Made by a program: the position numbers and the translations under genes
Origin: Phoronis australis
Taxonomy: Eukaryota > Animalia > Phoronida
NCBI GenBank assembly: GCA_002633005.1
Contig: NMRA01000296.1
Location: 62,001 to 126,000, forward strand
Direction of reading: 5' to 3'
Length of the DNA stretch: 64,000 nt
The notes under the pieces: generated by a model
Seen by the model: the letters and a program-made list of their open reading frames with translations, nothing else
Databases searched by the model: none
What the model was told of the DNA's origin: nothing
Shown: in pieces, positions 1-9,975 of the stretch
Position numbering within the stretch: the first letter of the stretch is position 1
Layout: the number at the start of each line of letters is the position of its first letter

Positions 1-673
1 AACTCATTTTGAAACCCATGCTCACTACCCAAAGAAAAGAAAAATACCTGCCTGCATTAATTTTTTAAAAAGCCCCACAAAAGCACGGAAACAAGGTTTT
101 AAACACCTGTTAGGCATGAGTGCTACCTCACACGTTTGCTCGTCTCAGGTGGATTTTTTTTGAAAAGTGAGCAGTTTACTGAAATACCTCACCACGACAA
201 CAATTTTCAAAACATCCAAAGATCAGAACCACATTTGTTATTTTGGCCTAGAATATCGTTGACTGAAGTAGAAGATAATATGTGCAATTGTTGGCTTGGG
301 TGGTAAATAACACACTTACTTGATAAGTTCTACACGTAACAGCAGAAGGTAAGACCTGTTAACTTCAAAAATACTGACACTATCCATTTACAGTATTGGC
401 AAATATCTCCCTCACCACCAGGTTGCGCAGTACACATCAAAAGTTATCAGACCTCTTGTGACAGGTCATACCCACAACTCGAATGGAGAATTCCGCTTAC
501 CCTCAGCCATCATGAAAACAAATTCTGCTTGAACTCAGCCGCCATAATGGGGATTTCCAAATAATTTTGTCCGATACTTTTTGGTGTGTACCGTAGAATG
601 TCTACTATTTCCCCTCTGTCATTTACAAGACACATTTCCTCAGAAAACGTCGCACAAGATTTGAATGTATTAC

Positions 674-796
674 CCATTTGTTCAACATCCATCCACACTT
701 TGTAGCCAGCCTCCTTCAGCTTGTCCTTGACCCATAACATCGTCTTCTGACTATCCCACTGATAACTAATCATCACGTGCTGCACGTTCTCATGAG
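674..796 (-). CDS. Paralog A exon: TIR domain N-terminal part
   Basis: HVMISYQW..GYKVWMDVEQM is a TIR betaA-alphaA-betaB pattern. Canonical splice sites on both sides. Confidence 0.88.
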
Positions 797-3700
797 CTGC
801 AAAATAAACCACATGAGTTACAACGATCATTTCGTTTCATGTAGGATTGACGAAGCAGTGACGATAAGACGAGACGAGTTCAGTAAATTTTCTTCACATT
901 ACAACACAATATAGTGGAACAGTAAAATTTATATTTTAACAAAATTTTCAACACAAGCAAACAAGAACTAAAATTTTACTGATTAATAAAAATGTTATTT
1001 TTTATGGCTGTCATCAATAAACACACAATGAAAGTTTGAACATTTTTGGATTTTTGGCAATACACTGTCACAGTTTTGGTCATTATTTTTGTTTTAATTT
1101 GAGGAAACTTTAGCGTACTTTGTGTCTCAGGTGTACTACAACCGAACACACTGACAGTGAGTGACAATCTACTTTCATCTTTCACTCGAATCAATTTAAA
1201 GATTGCCTCAATACTATTTCATTACTACAAGTTTGTAAATTACCCCGATTACAAAATTTGTATTTAAAAGATCATGATATCAGAAAGCCAGGTATTCAAT
1301 TAAATCAGTTTTTGGCCACAATAAGATTAAAAACCGGACGATCGCCGCACAAATAAAAAAGTTCAAGTTCAATTCAATGTTTCGTCTTTTCATTAGACAT
1401 CATCAGGATCATATTTACAACAATTTAGGACAACAAGTGCCAACATACAGCTCAGGTAACATCCATAGAGTGAAGTGAGAGATACATAGAATATAGTCAG
1501 TAGCTGGTCATCACCATAGTTACAGGGTCACTGAGCTCTGCATGTTATTCAGAGAATCAGTGGCATGCTGGTTCTGAATGGCCAATGACTCTTTAATGTA
1601 CAGTAACTCATTAGGTTCTCAGCAGACAATACTAACATAGTTGGCTTGGTGATTGTAGCTAATACAATGCCTATATACGTTACTTTTCTCTGAGGTGTGA
1701 TGTTCTTTCAACCTGTCACAGAGGCGTCTCTGTGTGAGTCCTATATAGAATTCCTTACAGTTGTCACATTCAACCTTATACACAACATTGCTCTTGTTCA
1801 ATAAAGGGATGTGTGACTTCAGTTTACACAGCATATTGGAAAGTTTCCGAAGGGTTTGAAAACAACTATCAGTTCAACTGCTGGGTCTATGCAAATTTTG
1901 ATAGTGACGTAGCTATGATTTTCCAGTTATTGCGTGCCAATGGTTACCCTCTGAATTTTCTGAATAGCCGTAAAAGGCACTTTCTTTCAAAAATGAACGA
2001 GGCAGATAAGGTAGCTGTTATTGGACCCGAGAAAAAGAAAGTTATCTTTTCTCTTAGTTACACTGGGTCAAGTAGTATAAAATTGAAACGTCAATTATCT
2101 CGCCTTACTCATTGCATAGACCCACTGACTATACTCTATGTATCTCTCACTTCACTCTATGGATGTTACCTGAGCTGTATGTTGGCACTTGTTGTCCTAA
2201 ATTGTTGTGAATATGATCCTGATGATGTCTAATGAAAAGACGAAACATTGAATTGAACATGAACTTTTTTATTTGCGTGGCGATTGTCCGGTTTTTAACC
2301 AGGTATTCAAGACAGATGGGAGGAGTTTGGACACCACCTGGACATCTACAACTTGTCTCGTACTTTCAAGCTTCGTTGGCGCTCTTCCCCATAACAACAC
2401 TCAACCTGCGCACATATCAGAGTTAGGATGTGTGGCGATTTCATCCACAGCCCTATCATTCTTCAATGCAGTGTGGGACGGTTGACATAAACAACAACAT
2501 GGTGACATGTAAACAATATGGTGGATAACAACACCTGTCACATGCGTGAAAACATGGGTCAACTATAACATGGTAATTGGTGCAAGTACAACAAAGCCAC
2601 CACCATAGAAATACAAAAAAATGAAAAGTCAGTCTAAAAATGCAGTGAATAAAGGCAACTAGAACAGCAAACCTTTTGCGTGAATGATTCTTGACACTAG
2701 TGCCATCTCATCACGCTCAAGTTAAATCTCACCGCCCAGATGCAAATTATAAATCAGATTACACATCCACAAATTATCCATAGGGTCACCGCATGTTTAC
2801 CAGCCAACAATGTCACACAATGCATTTAAAGATAAACAGCAGTGACATCGGATATATCAAATCCCCCAAAGACCAGTGGCTACTGATTTTTTTGTTCGAA
2901 AATCACCAGCATACACTGACTCTCGTACTTACATGCACTTTCCACAACGTCCTTAGTCGTCTCCTGTTCTCCCAGTACCCACAATGCACCTTTTGCCGCT
3001 GCCTGGATTTTATCATTGGAATCACCAAGCAGCTCCTTTAGACCTACAAGGCAAATAAAGCATACCCAAAATTCATAATGAAAATCTCAAGTGGTAACAT
3101 TTTCAATTATTGTCCATAGTAGTGTTGAAAATAACTACAACAAGGAAATTCATAGTAAAACACAACAAGTTACTTGGATATGAAGCATCTTCAAGTAAGT
3201 ATAGGTGAAACATTGAGTGCTCTGATAAGAAGTCAATTGAACAACAACCTTCAAGAGAATACAAACAGTTACCATAGCTGTGAGTTAAAAGAGGTCCGAG
3301 TAGCATTCTCTGAATAATAAGCCAGCTGTTCTTTTATTGTCAATGATTCTTTGACGAACAGTAAACGTTTTCTCAATAAAGAAAAATGTCAGGGCTGTTC
3401 CAGTAAAATCCGTGTGGGAGGGGGGGACGGCAGTAGAAATAAAAATTCATGGGTGGTGGTCTTCAGAAAAAAACTCAAATTATGGGTGGTTGTTCCTGTA
3501 AGAAGTGATGCATTAAAAATGGGTGGTATTTTTTGATCTATTAACGTTGACAGGTTGGTTAATTCAGCCAACACATCTCCAAAGAAATCAAAACTCAAAA
3601 AATGCGATTGGCATATATCCCAACTTATCCCAATACAAAAAAGCCCATATTGCCAGTGAACAGAGTGCAATATGTTCACTAAGCCATTAATCAAGTCATG

Positions 3701-6341
3701 GGCAACTTGATTTGAGCCAAGTGCTTGTCTGCAGTCCTATTGAATTGAAAAGTTATGCAACACTAAACTGGTGTTAACACATATAAGAAAATTGATGATT
3801 TTTAAATAAAAAGTATGAGGAGTAAGATAAACAAGTTCCAATATTCACTTGACATAGAAGTATAAAAGAGTTTGTGGAGACAGTTTGAGATTCATAGATC
3901 CTTATAATTGAAAAAATGTTCATTGAAATTATAGACACATGGTGAACAGAGACACCTGGTGGCTGCCAAAAGTATTGTTCACAGGCTACTTTAATTTTTG
4001 ACAATATTGGACAAGACAACTAGTTCTTGTCTGTCAATCATCTAAGTTCTTAACAGGTCCTCCTGGAGGCAATTTTTTGCAAGTGTTGGATTTTATATTT
4101 TAACCTATTAAAAATAATTAAAAAATTATGGGTCATGGGTTGGAGAAATAAATGAAAAATATGGGCGGTGGGTACGAAATAAAAGTGCCTTCCCCCCCTC
4201 CCATACAGATTTTGCTGGAACAGCCGAACAGTAAACGTTTTCTCAATAAAGAAAAATGTCATGTTTTACAATGAATTTCATCATTATTGTGCTCACATTT
4301 AAATTCTTAGCATAATCAAAATATTCGTCACAGGCTCCAGTTGCAACGGTACGATAATAGCACTTCATCACATTTGTTTTAGGCCAGAAGAGAAGCATGA
4401 ACATTTAGATTGCTCTGGTGTTCAGATCTCAGACATGGATAATGCCACCCTCAGGCTCCTCATAAAGGAGGCTATACATATACGGTTGAACCATGCTGAG
4501 CACTATCTCAACAGAAGAAACATTGGTTCATTTGAGCACCAACTATTTTGATTTCTGGTCTCTCCCCCTCAAAATGCATTTTGACATGTACCTGTACAGT
4601 CTGTTCTCTACCCGTGTTGCCTGTTTGAGTATGTGAACTGTTTCTATGAGAATGGTTTAAAGAAATAAATGGAAACGTGGGATAAACATATGTCGCAAAC
4701 ACTTCATGATTGAAGAGTTTCTCAAAGGATTAGTTCACATTCTTTCTGTAATTCACAGCGGGATCTAAAGTGACAGTTTGAAGCACCGTGCAAGCACAAA
4801 TCAACAGCCAAAACGAACAACTTAGATCTTTCCTTCGAAACAATGTCCGTGAATGAAAAAAGAAACTTTTACCCACCGTCTATGCACCCTGGTTCATCTC
4901 GTATCAGCTGTTTGTTTTCTGGTGAGAATGAAAGAGTCCACAGACCTCTGGCAGCCAGTAACCTTTCATCCTCCGAGCCTTTTAAGCATCTCACATACAA
5001 CGGCAGGGCACCACTCTTAACTATTGTGACTTTGTTGGCGTCATTGATCGCGATCTTGTTCAAGCCAAGCAACACTTCATTGACCGCAAAACCATACCTG
5101 CCAGTGAAGTGGGATTTAAAACTCAGCGCACTTTCCAAGATGGACACGATAAATTTAATGTTCATATCAGATGCGTTGACCATGTCATTTTCTTCCTCTG
5201 TAATAATGTGCGACAATGTCATCACTGCCTTAGTTTTCACCATCAGAAACTTTGAGCGGAGAAATATCTGCAGGACGTCCACTGCACCTGCTTCTCGCAT
5301 GACATCACGAACGTCCAGCCTTGTACAGATGTTGAACAGGATTCCCAAAAGGCCTTTGACAACATACGTCTTGTTCTTTGAACCTTTCAACACCTCAGGT
5401 GCAAATACCTCACTGCGCAGCAAAGCCATGTGCCGAGACATAACGCCAGAGTCGATGACACGCTGGCATATCTCAGAACAAGCATCGGTTGTGTTCCAAA
5501 CAACAAGCATGGCTTTTTGGAAGTTTAACTGCACAGTTAGTCGTCCTTCGGCTTCCTCTTCATAGTATTTCCCATCCTCGACAATTTTAAGCATCTTGGC
5601 ATAGACGTCATCAATGTAGCCTTCGTTTAACACAGTAAGTGCGTTTCGAAGACGCATCTCTCTGTTGCGACCTTTGTTGTATTTGTATAAAACAGCCAAG
5701 TGTTCCCTTATTGTCTTGTCAGTATAATCTGCATTCTCTTCCTTGAGGGCACCAATAGCCTGCTTTATATATTCAGTGTGTTTACTTACATTATCGTCTT
5801 CACTGTCACCATCTTCAGTGTCACTTCCATTCTCCTTATCACCTGAGATTGGTGATTGAGGAGGCTTTGGTTCATCAGAGGAGGGTTGATCTGTTGTATT
5901 CAAATTCTCAACAGCAACATCTAGTGGTTGAGGTGAAGCCTGGGAAGATGTGTTGGTCTCAGCTATGCCCACAAAGTTTGGTTTGCTTACTTTCACTTCA
6001 GCTGACGAGATCAGAGCATGTGATGTGACTGGCATAGATGCTTCAGGATTATGCAACTCACTCTCGCCATTTTTTGCTATGGCCGAAGGCGATGGGTCCT
6101 GCAACCCAACAAAATCCGAAGCCCCAACACTGCTCAACTCAATCAAGGGTTTAATGTCCAAGCTGATTGTGTGTTCACTTCGTTTCCTAGTTGGTGGTAG
6201 TGGTGATGTCCTGCCACCGAGAGGTAATTGGTGAGATGGAAGCGAGGATGCGCTAATAGGAGGCAGTTTCTTCTCAGTCTGTTCTGTTTCCACTCTTCTC
6301 CTCCCTGAGCCAGGACGGTCTTTAGATGGTGCACTCAACAT
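674..6341 (-). CDS. ARM-repeat/TIR protein, paralog A (3' part lies beyond window start)
   Basis: Exons 6341-4877 (ATG; S/P/D-rich N-terminus then ARM repeats; donor G|GTGGGT), 3043-2933 (tag|GT, GLKELLGDSNDKIQAAAKGALWVL, donor T|GTAAGT) and 796-674 (cag|CT, HVMISYQWDSQ...GYKVWMDVEQM, donor G|GTAAT). All three introns are phase 1 and the frame is continuous. Clearly paralogous to 15530-21549. No further TIR exon was found in 1-673. Confidence 0.88.
1300..2298 (-). mobile_element. Penelope-like retroelement remnant with inverted pseudo-LTRs and 12-bp TSD
   Basis: GIY-YIG fragment on - (NVVYKVECDNCKEFYIGLTQRRLCDRLKEH...YIKESLAI). RT-thumb/linker fragment on + (LRANGYP...LSYTGSSSIKLKRQL). ~175-bp inverted repeats at 1327-1501 and 2124-2298. 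CCAGGTATTCAA duplicated at 1288-1299 and 2299-2310. Confidence 0.88.
2933..3043 (-). CDS. Paralog A exon: last ARM helix and linker
   Basis: Not in the ORF track. Translates to GLKELLGDSNDKIQAAAKGALWVLGEQETTKDVVESA, matching paralog B GLKKLSQSGNEKIQEAARGALWVLEEEQTTK. Confidence 0.85.
3392..4225. mobile_element. Non-autonomous DNA transposon (MITE-like) with ~40-bp TIRs
   Basis: GGCTGTTCCAGTAAAATCCGTGTGGGAGGGGGGGACGGCA at the left end has a near-perfect reverse complement at 4186-4225. Flanked by a 37-bp direct repeat. Confidence 0.8.
4877..6341 (-). CDS. Paralog A large first coding exon (disordered region + ARM repeats)
   Basis: 490-aa ORF 4869..6341 with ARM-like helical repeats (VKGLLGILFNIC, REAGAVDVL, GLNKIAINDANKVTIVKSGALPLYV, AARGLWTLSF). 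Acceptor tttttcag|G at 6387/6386. Confidence 0.9.
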
Positions 6342-6437
6342 TTTGTACTTACGTTATCACAATCCTTTGATCTGAACTCTCATTTCCTGAAAAAGAGACA
6401 ATGTACAATAACTGACCTCAAGGGAATTGGTCTTTTA

Positions 6438-6514
6438 CAGGGATCTAGCATTTGGGAACCAGTTTTCGCACCCAATGATGGACATCAAACTGGTTCTCAA
6501 AATCCTGGATCCCT
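6438..6514. repeat. Short inverted repeat (mini-MITE)
   Basis: CAGGGATCTAGCATTTGGGAACCAGTTT ... AAACTGGTTCTCAAAATCCTGGATCCCTG, imperfect ~28-bp arms. Confidence 0.65.
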
Positions 6515-7470
6515 GTGCTTATTGCCGCCCTGAATAGTTTAACAAGGAAACATTGAAACCAAGAGTTTCCAAACAACCACTCTGGTTAAAAACTCTGGAT
6601 GAGGTGCAGTACGGTGTTCTTTTCTTGAGCAGTTCAGTTCACAAATGTATGCTTAGCAGCCCAATTTTCCGAAAACTGTCAATCTGGAACATACTAAAAA
6701 TGGCAAATTTTTCAACGTTCAGCTCCACGAAAAGAAAGATGATAGCTGAATTTAGAAACTGAAAGATTGTTCTTAAACATACGTGTTAACAACACATTTT
6801 GTAAGCCACAGGGCCGTCCCGGATTACACAGTGACACTCGTATCTCGCTTTGTTTACTGAACATCCATCAAGCACTTTTGTAGCCTTGTTATGAGTCATT
6901 GGAGTTCCTTACTCGTTCTTTGTGGTTGTATTCTTTTGATACAAACTTTTTTCAGCTGCATTACTCTATTCTTCCTTCCAATGCCAACGAAGTATTACAA
7001 CTGTGTTGTGGGCAGCAACTGTGATGAGTGAAAGTTGGATAAACTTACCAAATTGTAATGGATGTGTGACGCTTAGTTCTTACTCTTCCCGACATCGATC
7101 AAAAACAAGATAATGCAGAACGAGTGGATAAAGCAAGGTCATTGGGTTAATTTTAAACCAAAAACAATCTCTTTTCTTGAAGATACCTTGTCAATTCAAG
7201 TATTTATAAAGGGTTGGAATCAGGAATACTTCCACAGCCATACACCTCAATAGTTTTCATATGTCCTATGAAAATGTGCCCGATATTCATAAATGAGGCC
7301 AGTGGAAACAACGCGTTTTCTTACCTCCCGGACAAAAGAGAGTTCTATCGCTGTGTGATCCGGAAGAGTCGAATTTGGCATACCATTGTCATTGTCAGAC
7401 TCAGGTTGTTGAACTTGAGACTAAGATCTTGTTTTAGTGACAAAAACTGAAAGCGCTCCGTGGAGCGAAC

Positions 7471-7792
7471 CTTGGCGAAATTATCCAAAAAGATGACGAT
7501 AAAGATGATGACGAAGATGACGAATATGACGACGATGGTGGCGAGGATGAACAATGGAGTAATAATAACATACACATGACGAACGTAGAAGTCCGAAATC
7601 AGTAAGAAAAAGTCTACAGTCTTGTGCGACACTTGGCGAAATTAACGGAAAAGACAACGACGGAGATGATGACGAAGATGATGACGATGATGACGAATAT
7701 GACAATGGTGGTGGCGATGATGAACAACATCACAACATTCATATGATGAACTTAGATTTCATAAATCAATAAGAAATAGGCTACAGTCTTGT
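7471..7792. repeat. Diverged tandem duplication (~160 bp x2) containing GAT/GAC microsatellite
   Basis: Both units begin CTTGGCGAAATTA and end CTACAGTCTTGT. Confidence 0.75.
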
Positions 7793-8778
7793 TCAATAGA
7801 AGATAAACCAACATCAATGTAGCAAGAGCGCTCAACAAAGGACCAGCGTTATCAGAAAATCTCAAATAACTCGAAAAGTAGACGTCCTAGCGAAAAATGA
7901 AAAACATCTTCTGAAAGCCGGTTCAAAATTCTATCTAATCTGATGGTATGGCTTAATTCCGTAAATTTTTCGAAAAAAAATGAAATTTTGCGTTTTTTTT
8001 GAAGAAATTCAAAGTCAAATAACTCGAAANAAAGAAAGGGTGTCGAAAATAAGAATTTATGTAGTAAGTATTTTCGGATACTGGAACCACATGGGCAGTT
8101 TGCAACAAGGACTTTAAATGGAAACAAAATGGCCGCCACAGCCGCTATTGTGGATCCGATTTTGACGAAAAACAATAGGCTTCCAGGACTTCCGGAACTA
8201 CGTGTTATGTGTAAATTTCGTGATGATCGGACGAAAACTGCGACCTGTATCGTGCGAACAAACAAAAAAAAACAAACTTAGTGGAAGAGCAACATACTTG
8301 GCAAAATTTATTTCGCCAAGTAATAAATGATCTGATGACAGATATCGCAAACACAACCAGTGTGTTAACTAATTCACAACTTACCAGGCTCTCATCTAGA
8401 TTCCATGGCATCTAAATGGACACCTCTACTCAAATTTAGACACCCTCCCTAGCCAGGATGTCCTGTTCAGCATTTGTATGCCATGTTCAGAATTTGGATG
8501 CCCCTGTAAGAAAATAAGCATTTTTCACTTTTAACTTTCCAAAAGCAGCTCTGGAAGCTCAATGACCTTGACATAATAAAAAAGTTTAGTTCAAACATGA
8601 TGTGGGATATACGAACTATTACAGACCTATGTCTCCACAGTAACATGACAGCAATTTGACTTGGGGTCATCAAAAATTCAGCTACACATCAGTCGTCGTA
8701 AATATCCTGAGCTGAGAAATCATGGAACCCAGATTTTGAACATTTTGAAATTCTGGATCAGTCGAGCAGCTTACCAAC

Positions 8779-9053
8779 TAGGCAATGACCATCGCCTCTG
8801 TTGGCCCGACCAGAGGCGATTTTGGGAACTGAAATAGGGACTGCTCGAAGAAAAAGTTTGATAACGAGAGTATTTGTTCGAGTTGGAAGGAATTAAACAC
8901 ATCGACAACCTCCTAAGGTGTTACTCTATGTGCAAAAGGTATATGTTTTAGTCAGTGTGAAGCATAATTCGACGAAAAGCTTCCGGCGTACGGAGCGCCT
9001 ATAGGAGCTGCATCGCCTCCGGTCGGGCCAACAGAGGCGATGCTCATTGCCTA
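8779..9053. mobile_element. MITE with 42-bp TIRs and 9-bp TSD
   Basis: TAGGCAATGACCATCGCCTCTGTTGGCCCGACCAGAGGCGAT with its reverse complement at 9012-9053. CTTACCAAC on both flanks (8770-8778, 9054-9062). Confidence 0.9.
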
Positions 9054-9860
9054 CTTACCAACCAGCTATCTAACTGCGTACACATGACTAAACATTAAAA
9101 CAGAGCTAGTGAACGATGTGGGTAAAATTTCATAAATTAAGCGAGCTCGCTTTTTCACCTTGTCACATCTGTGAGTGGTCCTCTCACAAAACTAACTGTA
9201 TCAAAATCCAGCAGGTACAACCATGCGAAAGTTACAACTCCAACATTCAAATGACACCAACCTTGTCTGTTGCAGCCATTTACATAAACGCAATCAAATG
9301 AATGTTATTTTGTTACATCACTCTCTCCTTTTTAGTAGTGTGGCAAAGAAAATTTAAACAAAGACATGACCTCAAAGCAGTATGCTCGTGACATACGCAC
9401 ATGGTATTTGCTCGAATCTTGGTTCAGATGGCAATGATAGCAATTTCTTCAAAGCAAAATTTCATCAAGATTTCCGTTTGCTGGTAGTGAAGAAGTACTG
9501 AAAGTGAGTTAGGAAAGAAGTGCAAAAACTGCTGGCAAGTTGTTGTGAACTGTACACAGCCTTGTAAAAAGGGACAGTGGAAACAGAGATTGACCAGCAG
9601 ACAGCGCTCACTTTTCTGCAGCTAAAAGCTGACGCATATGATTATGATCGCTTCACAAACTTAACTGCTGAATAACAGACAACCAAATTCTTTTCGAGTC
9701 GCCGTCGGTATAGCTGTGTAAGTCGGTTTACTGTGTACTCGTCACGGACGAGCTCAATAAAACAACTTTGCTGCCAATCATAACAAAAAATTTCCCTCAT
9801 ATCTATAAGAAAATCGTTTCGTTAATGCGTAGTATCCAGTGCATCCAAGCAATCATTTAC

Positions 9861-9975
9861 CTGTAATCAGTGCAGAGTTCCTTCTTAACTTTTAACGAGT
9901 CTCAGCAAACTAGGCATAGATTATAGACAACTATAGTCTATGGTTGCATACCAAACAGTAACACTTCCGGTAAGC
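9861..9975 (-). promoter_or_regulatory. Putative promoter / non-coding first exon of paralog A
   Basis: Donor CAG|GTAAAT at 9861/9860 on -, and an ETS consensus CCGGAAGT (acttccgg, 9963-9970) about 100 bp upstream. Inference only. Confidence 0.35.

Noticed and set aside
497-560. GTAAGC donor at about 500 on - as a next exon of paralog A
   Set aside because: Its translation does not match the expected GSxLEAMA TIR exon and contains a stop in the ORF frame.
4843-6234. 240-aa and 94-aa + strand ORFs
   Set aside because: Antisense shadows of paralog A's large exon.
7345-7705. Hydrophobic and Ser/His-rich ORFs resembling membrane proteins
   Set aside because: They derive from the GAT/GAC repeat read on the - strand.
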